A stretch of 64,000 bases of DNA. It comes from Nemertoderma westbladi. Taxonomy: Eukaryota; Animalia; Xenacoelomorpha. The stretch covers positions 1-64,000 of the forward strand of contig JAUCBJ010007342.1 in the NCBI GenBank assembly GCA_032718475.1, in the 5' to 3' direction. Within the stretch, counting starts at the first letter, position 1. Each line of letters starts with the position of its first letter. A model generated the notes under the pieces. It worked only from the letters and a program-made list of their open reading frames with translations, was not told where the DNA came from and ran no database searches. Positions 24,355 through 36,300 of the stretch are shown here, piece after piece. Both the position numbers and the translations under genes were made by a program.

Positions 24355-26559
24355 TGATAAACAACCGCGACCTCTATACTAACAGCAGAACTGTTGAACA
24401 GACCAATACCCGTTAATATCCTTCTGCCAACCTAATAAGTTCTCGCCTATCCAATAAGACACAAAGACTGCTCTACTGTTAAGTAAAGGGGATCAGGAGC
24501 GTGCTATTACTAAATTGTAAGGGTTGCTAAATACAAAACCGCTACTTACCGTTGGATGGCGCTAATCTGCCGTCCGCTAATATATTTTACTAAATTTACA
24601 CAACTCCTGCAAAATCGCTTGTTCCTTTCTCTACCGATCGCTCGATAGAGAGCTAACTGTTCGAATCTATGAGCCACGCGGGAATAACCAAAACAATAAA
24701 CCCGAGTCGGCTCCCTAAGCTTACTTAAGACGAGTGCGAGAGGCCTTGCACTCAGAGTATTCTTACGCCTAATTCTATCACTTATTAAAGCACGCTATTA
24801 CCTACGTCTTTCCTAATCGCGAATACTGGAGGTTCCCTAACGTAATGTGTGAATGCGAGAATATTTAAAATAATCAAAAATGGTACAGTAACTGTTTCTA
24901 CGTGGATAGTACCACTCCGAGTCTAAAACTGCCCGCGGCTGGCTTTAGGCCAGCAAAACTACTAGCGTATCGTGCGTACCGAATAGTGCGTTCTAGCTGA
25001 TTGCCCGCTAATGCAAATAACCGCTCAGCGTGAATAGTTTACAGTACACTAATTATTACCTTAGCTACTCTCCGCTATGCTGCGTACTAATTCTTAATTT
25101 TTACTAATTAATTACAGTCACAAATATTTAACAGCGTACTAATTACTAAGAGTTCCAGAATACGTAATTCTAATTTATCACGCAACAGGTTTCGCTAGTA
25201 ATAGCCTAAATTGCCGTATTACTTTGACCTAATCAATAACTAATTATTGTAACTAAGAAATAGAAATCAATCAAAGGGAAAAGAGCGCCTATCTAAGCAT
25301 TCGTAATCATAGGCACACTTCAATAACACACCAATCAGCGTTAGAAATCACAGTTTACAATTGTGCAATTCACTACTCGTACTCCACACTCAACGTTGTA
25401 ATACGCGCAGGCCTCTCCCGGATACATCTAGGATTCCTAACTAACCCAATTCCTGCCCCCCTAATACTAAATAGAGACAAAACCTGGATCATCAGCCCCC
25501 TAGATACTGTACCAGCGATTGGTCTGCGTGCCGCAGTGCAAGATACCCGCCCGCAACGGTGACCCTGGCCAGCGTTGCCCGCTTTGAATCCTCCGCTCTC
25601 TCCTAGTCGCTCAACCCCCCGATGCGCCCACCGCCCACTGGCACCTTAGCCCTCCATGATGCTAATAGCTACCGTAGCGGCGCATGCAAATCACAAAGTC
25701 TGACAGTCTCAGAAATCCCTTAGGATTATTGCGCAGAAAGGAATCACATAGAACCATTAATCAAAGGGTAGAAATCATAGTTCAATTGTAATTAGCAGCA
25801 ATCGAAGGAATTATTGAGAAACACAAGCAAAGTAATCGCACTAGCAAATCATTCCAAGAAATTAATCAAAATTAGCAAATTGCAGAAAATACGATATCCT
25901 AATACAAAATTAGAGACAGCTCAGCAAGTAAATTGTAACAGGGGTGTGTCATGTGATAAGTAAGGGTATACAGTATTAACAGCATGAACATATAGGTTCT
26001 ACCGGCACACCGCCAATTTATAGGTGATCCGGATGGGGTGATGCAATAAGGTGACTCAATCGCTCTCCCATTGGCTCTCCAGTCCGTGCTAGCATTAAAC
26101 CAACCTGGAAGCAGTTAGTCCAATAAGGAGGCCGGATTGTAGTCCTATTGCCTGCCCAAACCTCGAATTATTACCTTATATGGTAATGGTTCACGTCCCT
26201 GGCCGCTGAATGGCCAGGACAGCGTCCCTATATGATAGCCCTACTGATGCTAATATCAGCAAGCACAAAATCCAGGGTCCGAATAAACTTGCTACCCTGG
26301 GACTATCTACATATATCCTAATACAAAATTACGTAGGTAGGGCTACATACTATACAAAATGGATGGATGCAAAATATATGGGCGTTTTAACTTCCTTACC
26401 TAAATGTCACCGCACTGTGCCTTATCTAAATAATTATACTGCACAACGGACTAATATTACGTACAGTATAACGGACTAATATTGCATACTGCATAACGGA
26501 CTAATACTGCATACAGTATAACGACTAATAATGTGGATACAGCGCCATATACCGTAACA
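24355..26559 (-). repeat. 3' LTR (2205 bp)
   Basis: Near-identical to 41005-43208; by eye about 7 substitutions and 2 small indels. Confidence 0.97.
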
Positions 26560-27046
26560 CCGCTCCAAGGGAAATCATATAATGTTTCCCTCCAATTGTA
26601 GAAGAGTATAAGGTGATGTATACAAAACAAAATAAATTTCTTCCAACCAATCTAAATAACATAATAATTCTACTATTTACAAATATTGCCATAGATATTG
26701 CATAATGAATTACATACAAATTAAATTTACAAAATATTATCTCTCTCATTGTTTAACGATTATTACATACAAATTAAATTTACAAAATATTGTTTCTCGT
26801 TCATTCTTACTACATAATGATTACTACATACAAATCAAATATAAAATTTTGCTAGGGCAAGTGAAAGGAGTAAGCCAAACCCGCAGGTTTGTCTCCCCAA
26901 TCACTTCCTTCGCCTCTTTCATAATATAAATTCAAATAACTCAACTAGTGTATACGAGTCTAGTCGAAGATTTTCAAATGCTACAATATACATCAGAGCG
27001 ACGATGATGTATATATCTAGAGTCTGTCGCCCTATGCCATAATGTA

Positions 27047-30000
27047 TTATCGACCCGCTCCTGGGTTCTTTGGGCTCGCTCCTCTCTTTCGCCCCCTCCC
27101 CAGATACACTAATCTACCTCCAGTCGACTCCGCTGACGGCGTTCGTGAGGCGTCACTCCCCGGAACTGGCGACGACGTTCCCTGAGCCCCGACAGATTCT
27201 CGGCTTGAATTTCTCCCTCGGCCTCGTCCCAATTGTCGCGCTCCCGTGGTCGCTTCCGCCAACTCTTCCTTCTGCAGTTGCACACGCGCTTTCTCCGACG
27301 CCCCCTGCGCCTTGCGCTGCAACCGTTGCGCTTCTATAATTGAGTGGTAGTGGTCGTCCTTGACTTGACGCTTGTCTTGGACCTCTCCTCCTGGTTCTTT
27401 CCGCGAGCCTTGAGCTCCAGCGGTTGTCGCTGTGGTCGCTGCGATCCTTTGTTCCTGTATCCTCTCAGCGGTCAATGAACCCACTGGCACATGAGTCAAC
27501 AAGAATTCGTTGCGGTATTGTATAGCCGCCATCCTCCAATCACCTCGCGCGCGTACCACTTTTCTAGTCTCCGTAAATACACCCTTCGTGATGCGATAGC
27601 AAATAGCAACGAAGTTCCATGTGTACTTATTGTCCATGTTCAATTGTCTGAAGTATTCTCGGACTACGATAACTCCAGTGTTCTGTGGAAGGTCTTGAGC
27701 AGTTAGGATGAGCTCCTGATATTGTGGTAGCGATTGTAGATATGGCTCGTACGCAACATGCGATGGGTCTACCGCTCAAAACCCATATCCCGCTTTAAAT
27801 GGTAACCAACGCATCTGCGCTTGAATATGGTAATCCGCCACACTCTCCCACTTGTCTAACATCTCCCGAAGTAGGTTAGCGCTATGGTTTTGAAAGGAAT
27901 CATCTCGCAGCTGACATCTCGCGCTACGATGTCCCTTTACCCCACAATATCCACATTGAGAAACGAAGACGGTGCACGTATGAAACGAATGGTCGGTCTC
28001 ATTACACCAACGACAGACCTTATGTGCCGCCTCTACTACCGCGTCGCACGACTTTAGATTGTGCCTTGTGCTGCCGCACAATTTGCACCTACGCGCTTGT
28101 GGAAACCAGGCCCTCTCGTATATGAGGTCTCCAATTGGTTTCGCACTTCCTTCCTTCCCAATGTCTAATACGATGTCGTCCTCTCCAGTCAACGGTTGTC
28201 GATCCGGAACAAAGTAAACATCCTCGCCCTTGTCCTCTATCTCCAATATTTCCTCCCGCGTTCGTTTCGGATATGTCTTCTCCACCGGAAGATCTACTCC
28301 GAACACCTCTACTAAAGTCTCCGGCCAGCCCTCCTTAACAGGTCTATCAGCCTCCGAGAGGAAGGGAGTACCAAACCCGCGGGTTTGATTCCCGAACCAC
28401 TTCTCCAAAGCTTCTGGCGTCGGATATTCCATCGACGGTCGGTCTCCCAAATCTCCGATGTTCTGTCGATATACTCCTTCGAATATCGCTAATCCTCTCC
28501 TCACCATCGACGTATTCTCTAACGACTGGTTGAAGAACGGGGTTAAGAAACGCTTCATCACGTCGGATTGGATTCCCCCTTTCGAGCGAACGTATTGATC
28601 TCCTCCGAATACCAATGGATGACGCTTCAAAACTCGCGCAACGATATCCGCTAATAAACAAGTCACCGTGTTCGACTCAAGCACCAAATAATATTGTAGC
28701 GACGCACGGGGTGGCGCGCAAATGTTCCAATACACTAACGCTTGCCGCTTGAAGTGGGATTTGAACTCCGCTCCCGGTGGCGTGTTGTATTCGCCATACG
28801 CCTCCTCATACTTCCTTTGCGTCTTTAACTTAAAGTCCCAATTATACAACAAGTGTGCTATAAAGCCCATACCAGTCTTGGCAGAGTTGGGATACTCCCT
28901 ATAAATTCCAATATCCTGTGCCCATAGCAACAATAGCTTGGTGTCGACAAACGGTCTCGGCAATCTATCTTCCAGATCAGTCATGGCGTTGAAGTCGCTC
29001 TCCAAATCGCTCTGGACTCCCGATCCCACCTTGACGTAATCTTGGTTGAGAATAGCCTCTCTAACTTTCTTTGGTAACATCCTGGCGTCGATACGCTCCG
29101 CTCCGTGCATACCTCCTCGCCTGCATACCTCCAAAATCTGCTCCCTAGGATCCTTCCCCTTCCGATATTGTGTCGTTATGATGGGCTCCGGTCTCTCTCG
29201 ATCCGCCCTCACACGCATAAACACATGAGTCACACCATCGGCCGCACGAATTTGAATACACTTGCTGGTCAAACATTCCTGATGGGACCCTCCTTCATTG
29301 TCGTAGAACATCACCCTCCAATCCTGCAGTGATTCCTCCGTCTTCCTCCACTGACGCTGAATCTCGTCTGATGGGGTCCACATGCGCTCGATAGCCTTGT
29401 GGTCATCATATCGGGTATAAGAACCCTTCCTCCTCAGCCACGTCTGGTCTACCTCCTGGAATGTAGCCACCACGACCCATACCTTGATGTACTTATCCAA
29501 CCATCCAAATAGCTTACTCTCCTTCCCCGGAGCTCCAATCTTATCCAACGTGTCATAATCTGTGATCTGCATTGGGACATCACGCAAGAACTTCGCGCAT
29601 AAAACTTCCCGTAGACAGTCAACGTTCCAATGGTCCGCCATTCTTACCATCGGCAAGAATCGTATCGCTTCTCGCGACTCCGGATGATCTACTAATATCG
29701 CAGGTTCGGTGCCGTCGGAATAATACACCGGTCCGGGTTGAGATACGACCTGTGGAACAAATCCGGTCACTCTCCTCGTCTCCTCTTGATGTCTATCCGC
29801 GGTCTTATTATACTCCGCTATCCTGTTCTCAAATAACTCTTTCGCCTTCGCCGCTCGCTCCTCCTGCCGCAACGCGTCTATGTCGTCCTGATGCTCAGGC
29901 GTGAGGCTTCTCACTCGGTGAGGTGAAGTAAACGTAGTCCAGGGACTCGAGAGCTCCAAACCCGCGGGTTTGGTACCCGAGTCCCGCGCCGCTTCGCGCC

Positions 30001-30745
30001 GCGCCTCTAGATCCTTGTAGGCTTGGTACAGCGAAATGGCCGCTGCCGTCTCTATCAAACTGGGTGTCGAACAGGGTTTAATCTCCGTATACGGATCTAA
30101 TGTCGTAACGGTCGGCGTAATGGGTCTCGGAGGTCGCTTTCCGCTGAAGTCGATACTGATCATCGGGTTGCTCATCGGGTAACCTCCCTCGTTGTATCTA
30201 AGGAATTGGTGAGCTGGACATCGCGTTAATATCGGTTCCGGATGTTGCTCGTCTAATCGGTCGGGAATCGCTACGTCCTGTTTATTCATGCATTCACCAC
30301 ACTTGTAGAACAGCTTGTACACGCTGAAGACTTTCGGCGTCTCCTGATCCTCACCTCGAGTCCTCCGGTACAGATGCATTCCGTCGAACTGATCTCGGAC
30401 TGCAGGTAGAGGCTCCTCGTGTCGTAAATACATATTCATATGGTATAGTCGTGCGATTTCCTCGTCCGGGTCTGCGCTAATGTCACACACGTCCAAAGCG
30501 AAGTCGTAGGGATACCGCGTGCGATACTCTTTCCGCAAAACTTCCATCCGGTCCCCCAACGCTCTCATTCTTTCTCTCCGTAATTCTTTATCATAACTTG
30601 GTTTGTACTTTCCATTTAGCTCCATCACGGACCGCCCATGGTAGTAAACGTTAGAGTCTTTACATCCTGGTCGCGCGAATGGTAGCTCCGCCTCCTCTCT
30701 GGCAGTAAATCCTCTGCGCGGTTGCGCTCTAATATCCCTCTCCAT
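27047..30745 (-). CDS. BEL accessory protein: N-terminal unknown/Cys-His domain, DEDDy 3'-5' exonuclease-like domain, three CCHC knuckles and basic RG-rich tail; 989 aa to an in-frame TGA at 27776-27778, about 1232 aa if read through
   Basis: VMFYDNE, CIQIR, LPKKVREAILNQDYVKVGSGVQSDL, FVDT, QYYLVLE. CKLCGSTRHNLKSC, CRWCNETDHSFHTC, CGYCGVKGHRSARC. The frame stays open past the TGA into ORF 27047-27643. Confidence 0.8.
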
Positions 30746-31503
30746 TATGTTACGCGTATATACATATATATATATCCCAATAAGTGCCGTTACGTAACCA
30801 ATTACACTGTGGGTAAATCAGTTAGATGTCGCCGAAAGACAGACCTCCCGAACCCCCCCCCGCCTTCCAGCAGTTCAGGTTCGACTCTCTAGATCCCGTC
30901 TCTTCCTAACTAACTATCCTCTAACCTATTCCCATGCATAGCGCAAAAACTTTGGAGATAAACTGGCCGTGACCAACTCACTTTTTGATGCCCAAACTAC
31001 TCCCATTACTCGTACTAAACTACAGTAGTTAGAAAGGACCATAGCCACAATACTCGACTATACCAAACCCACAGGTTTGATAATCGAACATCACACATCC
31101 TGCAAACTACTGAGTGGGGTCCATGTACGCCTCTGGTGCTACTAACCTTTAGCACCCTAGTTGCACCGTTGGCACCAATCTGTGGAAGTTGCTAAACTCA
31201 ATTTACACTCCTACGTAATATAGCCGTCACCATGGTTTCTAAATGCTATTTTCCAGGCTTCACGACTTTTCAAATTACTGTTATCTATAGACGAATTCTA
31301 AAACGCGTCTATACACAGCGTCTGGAATTGTCTTGGGTTCACTTTTAATTTTTAAAATTTTCTAATTTTCCAAAAATTTTGAAATAAAATTTTGTTTTGA
31401 TACCCACTAGACAAAACTCAACGCAAATCACCACAACCCCGCTCCTATGCATTTCCTTGTATTTGCATACGAGGAATGCATACGAAGTGAGTTGCGTCTA
31501 ACA

Positions 31504-33393
31504 CTATCTCTGTTTTGAGGCAGGAGACAAATTATAATCTCCCGTCTCGATACGTGTCTCCTCTAATAACACGATATCTTGGACTGGTCGGTCCAAGGTG
31601 TGTAAACCATTAGTTTTACACTTCTTTGGGTGCGGACACTTGCACCTAATTTTCACAGTGACTGTGCGCACTATGTTTTGCACGTCTGGGTGTGTGTGCA
31701 AGATCACTCCTGTCTCCCAATACTTTCTCTTGACAATGGGTTCGGTTATCAACACGTAATCTCCTCTTTGGAGACTCCGAACCGTTTTGTACCACTTTGT
31801 TCTGGTAGATATGGTGGGAAGATAGTATTCCCGCCAATATTCCCAGAATGTGTACGCCACAAATTGTGTCACCTTCCAGCTCTTACGACTATATAGGTCG
31901 GCACTAACGGGTTCTGATGCCGGCACAAGAAATGCTGGACTCTGCATTAGCAAATGATTCGGCGTTAATGCAACACCGTCTGGCAACATAGCTATCGGCC
32001 TCGAGTTTAGGGTATGCTCGATTTCAATGAAAGCTGTGACCAGTTCGTCGTCGGTAAGTTGTTTGTTCACAGGCAATGTTTTGGCAATGGCCTGTTTTAC
32101 AGAGCGAACTAAACGCTCCCAACTTCCTCCTCTCCAAGGACTTTCTGGAGTATTAAATCTCCATTCTACTCTTTGCGGCAAAAGTGCTGCAGAAATTTCC
32201 TTATTCTGTGCTGCTTTATGAGCCGCGTTCAACTCGCTATTCCCTCCGACAAAGTTTGTACCCTTATCGGAGTAGAACGCCTTTACTAGTCCTCTCCTGG
32301 CCATAAATCTCTTCAAGGCCAGGAGCAGAGATTTGGTCGACATGTCTGCCACACGCTCGATATGTATGGCTCTACTCGCCATACATGTCAGTAGCAGGCC
32401 CCATCTCTTGTGGGTCAGCCGTCCACTCTTTGCTTCAATCGGACCAAAACAATCCACCCCTGTGTTCGTAAAGGGTGGGTCATATGCCTGCACTCTCGCT
32501 TCCGGGAGTTCAGCCATCTCCTGTTCCAATACTCTGGCGTTCACTCTCTTGCAAACCAGACAGGCGTCGTACATAGTGCCGACTGCCCTGCTTGGCTGCA
32601 ATAGAATGAATCGCTGTCTCGCTGCCGACAAACAGTGTAACTTTCCAGCGTGATGCAACCTCTTATGTATATCCCATAGAATCGCTCTTTGCAATTCTAT
32701 TGGGTGACTAGGGATTATCACTGGGAATCGAAACTGTGAGTTTATGTCGACAGTCTGGATTCTCGATCTATGACAAATTAAACCCTTATGGATTAATGGA
32801 CTCCATTTTCTAAGGGGTTTGTAGAGAACTGGTCGCTGAGCCGATAATAGATGGAATTCTTTGGGGAAGGCACACATTTGATAATGCTTCAAATGCTTTA
32901 ATTCCGCTTGATCAATCTCATCCTCTGTCAGAGGTTGTTTCAATTTCCGAATTCGCTCACTATTGGTGCTCAATGGTTCTCTCAAATGTTTCGAATGTTT
33001 TATACAAAGGTACGAAATGTATCGGCTTAACCACGCAGTTCTTTTACAAATTGTCAGCCAAGAGGCAGACGAATTTAGTAATTTGTCATAAACACTGCAT
33101 GACTCTAATGCCAGCGACGGTTGTCCGCTAACTAATGGAAGTTTCGAATCCAAACCCGCAGGTTTGGAAACCAAAGGATCCATTGTGTCGGTCATTTTCT
33201 GTCCGTCACTTACCAATTGTGACTCCGGTTTAGTCTGTAAGGGTGGTTTGATGTCATAACTTACCCTTCCGGACCTAGTAGTCAAGCTCCAATGACTCTT
33301 CAGGCCGCTCCAATGACTCTTCAGGCCGCTCCAATGACTTAAGTTTGGCTTTAGACTTCGACTTAGAGACTTTCTCCACCTTGACTTCTGCAT
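31504..33393 (-). CDS. BEL pol C-terminus (integrase), in the +1 frame relative to upstream pol
   Basis: HKRLHH...CLVC, PPFTNTGVDCFGP, RAIHIE, SDKGTNF, PWRGGSWERLVRSVK, LTPNHLL, YLPTISTRTKW. Confidence 0.93.
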   Translation of the reverse strand: MQKSRWRKSLSRSLKPNLSHWSGLKSHWSGLKSHWSLTTRSGRVSYDIKPPLQTKPESQLVSDGQKMTDTMDPLVSKPAGLDSKLPLVSGQPSLALESCSVYDKLLNSSASWLTICKRTAWLSRYISYLCIKHSKHLREPLSTNSERIRKLKQPLTEDEIDQAELKHLKHYQMCAFPKEFHLLSAQRPVLYKPLRKWSPLIHKGLICHRSRIQTVDINSQFRFPVIIPSHPIELQRAILWDIHKRLHHAGKLHCLSAARQRFILLQPSRAVGTMYDACLVCKRVNARVLEQEMAELPEARVQAYDPPFTNTGVDCFGPIEAKSGRLTHKRWGLLLTCMASRAIHIERVADMSTKSLLLALKRFMARRGLVKAFYSDKGTNFVGGNSELNAAHKAAQNKEISAALLPQRVEWRFNTPESPWRGGSWERLVRSVKQAIAKTLPVNKQLTDDELVTAFIEIEHTLNSRPIAMLPDGVALTPNHLLMQSPAFLVPASEPVSADLYSRKSWKVTQFVAYTFWEYWREYYLPTISTRTKWYKTVRSLQRGDYVLITEPIVKRKYWETGVILHTHPDVQNIVRTVTVKIRCKCPHPKKCKTNGLHTLDRPVQDIVLLEETRIETGDYNLSPASKQR

Positions 33394-36300
33394 CTTCAGG
33401 CATCGGATTGGTCACTATCTTTAGTCGCTCTGGCCAATGTTCCTGTGTCCTCGTTAGAAAATCAGGTCCATGCAACCAAAACTCCTGGGACTCTTCCTGA
33501 CAGAATTCCGCCGGCATTGCACCTCTCGAAGTTATGTCGGCCGGGTTCAACACTCCCGGACAATGTCTCCATTGTTCCTTCGTCGAAAAATCAACGATCT
33601 GAGCGCGTCTATTGGCCACAAATGTCTTTAGTGCAATATTGTCGGCCGCAATGTATACTAACACTAAGGATGCGTCCGTCCAATAGAATAAGGTCAATGT
33701 CGTGTCTAACTCCTCAGTTATTTGCTTACTTACCTCGACTGAAACTACAGCCGCCTGTAACTCTGCACGAGGGACAGTCATGTATTTGACCGGCATAGTC
33801 TTTGATCTAGAAGTCACAAAGGCCGTCTCAAACTTGTCCTGACTTACCTCTCGGCGAAGGTAGGCTACCATACCAAAGCCGGTGTCACTTGCGTCACTAA
33901 ATAGGTGGAGCTCTAAATCAGCTGGGAATACCAGCTGATTCGGGAAGTAGGAGCGGGGTACATCTATGTTTTTCAATAGATGTAACTCGGCTTCCCACTC
34001 TCTCCACTGCTTTGCATGTATAGGAGATATTGGTTCGTCCCACTCTACGTCGGACAACCAAATTTTCCTCATGCACGCTCGTGCCTGTAATATTACCGGA
34101 CTGATAAAGTTCATCGGGTCAAATAGTCTACTTAATGTCGATAAGCAAATCCTCTTTGTCAAAACTTTGTCTGGGCTACTGGGCTCAAATCTAACTCTTA
34201 CCTGGAACTTATCTGAGTTCGGGTTCCAAGCGAGTCCCAGTACTCGCGCCATGGGGATTGGTTCTACCCCCAATTCTATGTCTCCGCTCCCGCGATCTTT
34301 CACCGGGAACGATTCTAATAGGGCCTCCGAATTCGTAGTGAACTTGGTCAGAGGAAAACCCCCTGTAGCCAAGCACTCTTGCAGGCCGTGAGCCACTTCT
34401 ATGGCTTGTTCCGCCGTGTCCTTGGACACCAATCCGTCGTCCATATAGAAGTTTCTCAAGATGGACTCGATTACTTCTACTGGGTACTTACCAATTTGGG
34501 CTGTTGCCGTTTTCTTTAGAACAAACAGCGTGCCATTCGGACTATCGCGGGCGCCAAATATCCTAACGTACATTTGGTATGTAACCACTGGGCCGGATAA
34601 GTCTTCATTCTCGTACCAGAGAAAGCGAAGGCTATCCTGGTCTGCCTTACAGGCTCTTACCTGGTGGAACATCGCCTCGATGTCACAAGTAAATGCGAAT
34701 CGCCGCTGTCTAAAACGCAACAGTATTCCTATCAAATAGTTATTCAGGTTGGGACCATCCATCAACTCTGAATTCAGGGACATACCTCTATAGACTGCTG
34801 CGCAGTCGTTGACTACTCGGACTTTGTCTGGCTTGTCAGGGTGAGTCACATAGTGGTGCGGAAGGTAATAAGTCTGGTCTGTCACTAAGTCAGGGTCCTC
34901 TACCTTCCCAGCAAATCCCTTGGCGAAATAGTTGTTGATCTGGGCGCAATACTTCTCCCTAATGTCCGGATTCTTCAACAACCGAGCCCTTACTCCGTTT
35001 AATCTTTTCAAGGCTAAGTTGTAGTTGTTCTCCAACTTAGGTGGTTGTCGACGCCACAACATTCCAACTTCAAAATGTCCAGTCGGTAGCAGACGTATGG
35101 TATCTTCCATCATCTCCAGCGACCGTTTCTCATCAGTAGACATGGCTAGGTCATATCCACCGGGTTCCATTGCGTCCCTATCCAGCCATTCGACGGTTCT
35201 GGCTCCTGTCTCGAGGTCCTGGCGTATCAATTCTTTCTGCAATTCCTCCTCACTGTATTGGAAAATGTCGAGGTCTCGATATTTAGCCACTTGACCCTCC
35301 ACTATGTCTGTATAAGTCAAAACGTTAGTCAGATAAGTAGCGTGGGCCGCTGAACCAGACCCACGGGTCTGATAACAGTCCTCGGGTTCACTATCTGTCC
35401 GGTTGTTATGAAGTGGTTCCGACAACCTAACATTATCGGGAATCAACTCCTCGTCCGACTCGCTAAAGTCACTATAGTGGTCAATACAGGTTCTCCTAAA
35501 CTCGTCTATGTCTGGTGGTTCTACTAACGGTGGTTGAATTATAGGCTGTAATTCATCGTATCTGTCTATTGGCTTGTCGCCACCTGTAAACTCATAAGAC
35601 ATGGGTACTCGTGTATACCAACCTAGTATAGTCCTATGGGCATGTGGTCCATTGACATGCGGCTCAGCTGGTCTCGTTTCCCATATTTGGTGTGCGATCA
35701 GCTGTTCTGCACCAATCAACATAGAAACATTCCTATAACCTACCTGGTGTCTGGGTATCCTGAGCTTGTCAAAATACTCCTGTGCTATGGGACTCATCGG
35801 CGGCACCTTACCTAACTGCCTGCCGAATCCCTTCATAGCTAGACACTTAAATCCGTCCAATGGCAAAGCTTTCCGTTCTTGTCGAGTGTGTTGGTCTCTC
35901 GGAAGTAGGGAATCTAGTTCTACCGAAATTCTGTGTCCCTTGAGGTCACCTACCCCGTGCATAGACTTCAACTCTATTTGGATCTCCTCGGCGTCCTGGA
36001 AGCTAGAAACGGCTCTCGCCACTTCCTCGTCGATATACGATAATGTGGACGCAGTGTCCAACATCACATATATTCGCTTCGATCCCTTATCGCCAGTAAG
36101 TTTCACCGGAATCACGCTAAATATTTCCGACGTGGCCGATGATAAATACGTCCGCGCGCTGGTCGATGAACTATCCGCGGTGAAACCTTGGCAGGTCACT
36201 TCTCTCGCGCTCGACTCGCCATCCTCGTCCGACGAACCTGGTTGATAACCATCGTCCTGGATGCCGGTATACGTATTCCTCCTTATCGATACGGGTTCTT

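Noticed and set aside
27776-30745. Env/fusogen interpretation of the extra BEL ORF
   Set aside because: No signal peptide, transmembrane helix or glycoprotein-like Cys pattern is visible; exonuclease and knuckle motifs are present instead.
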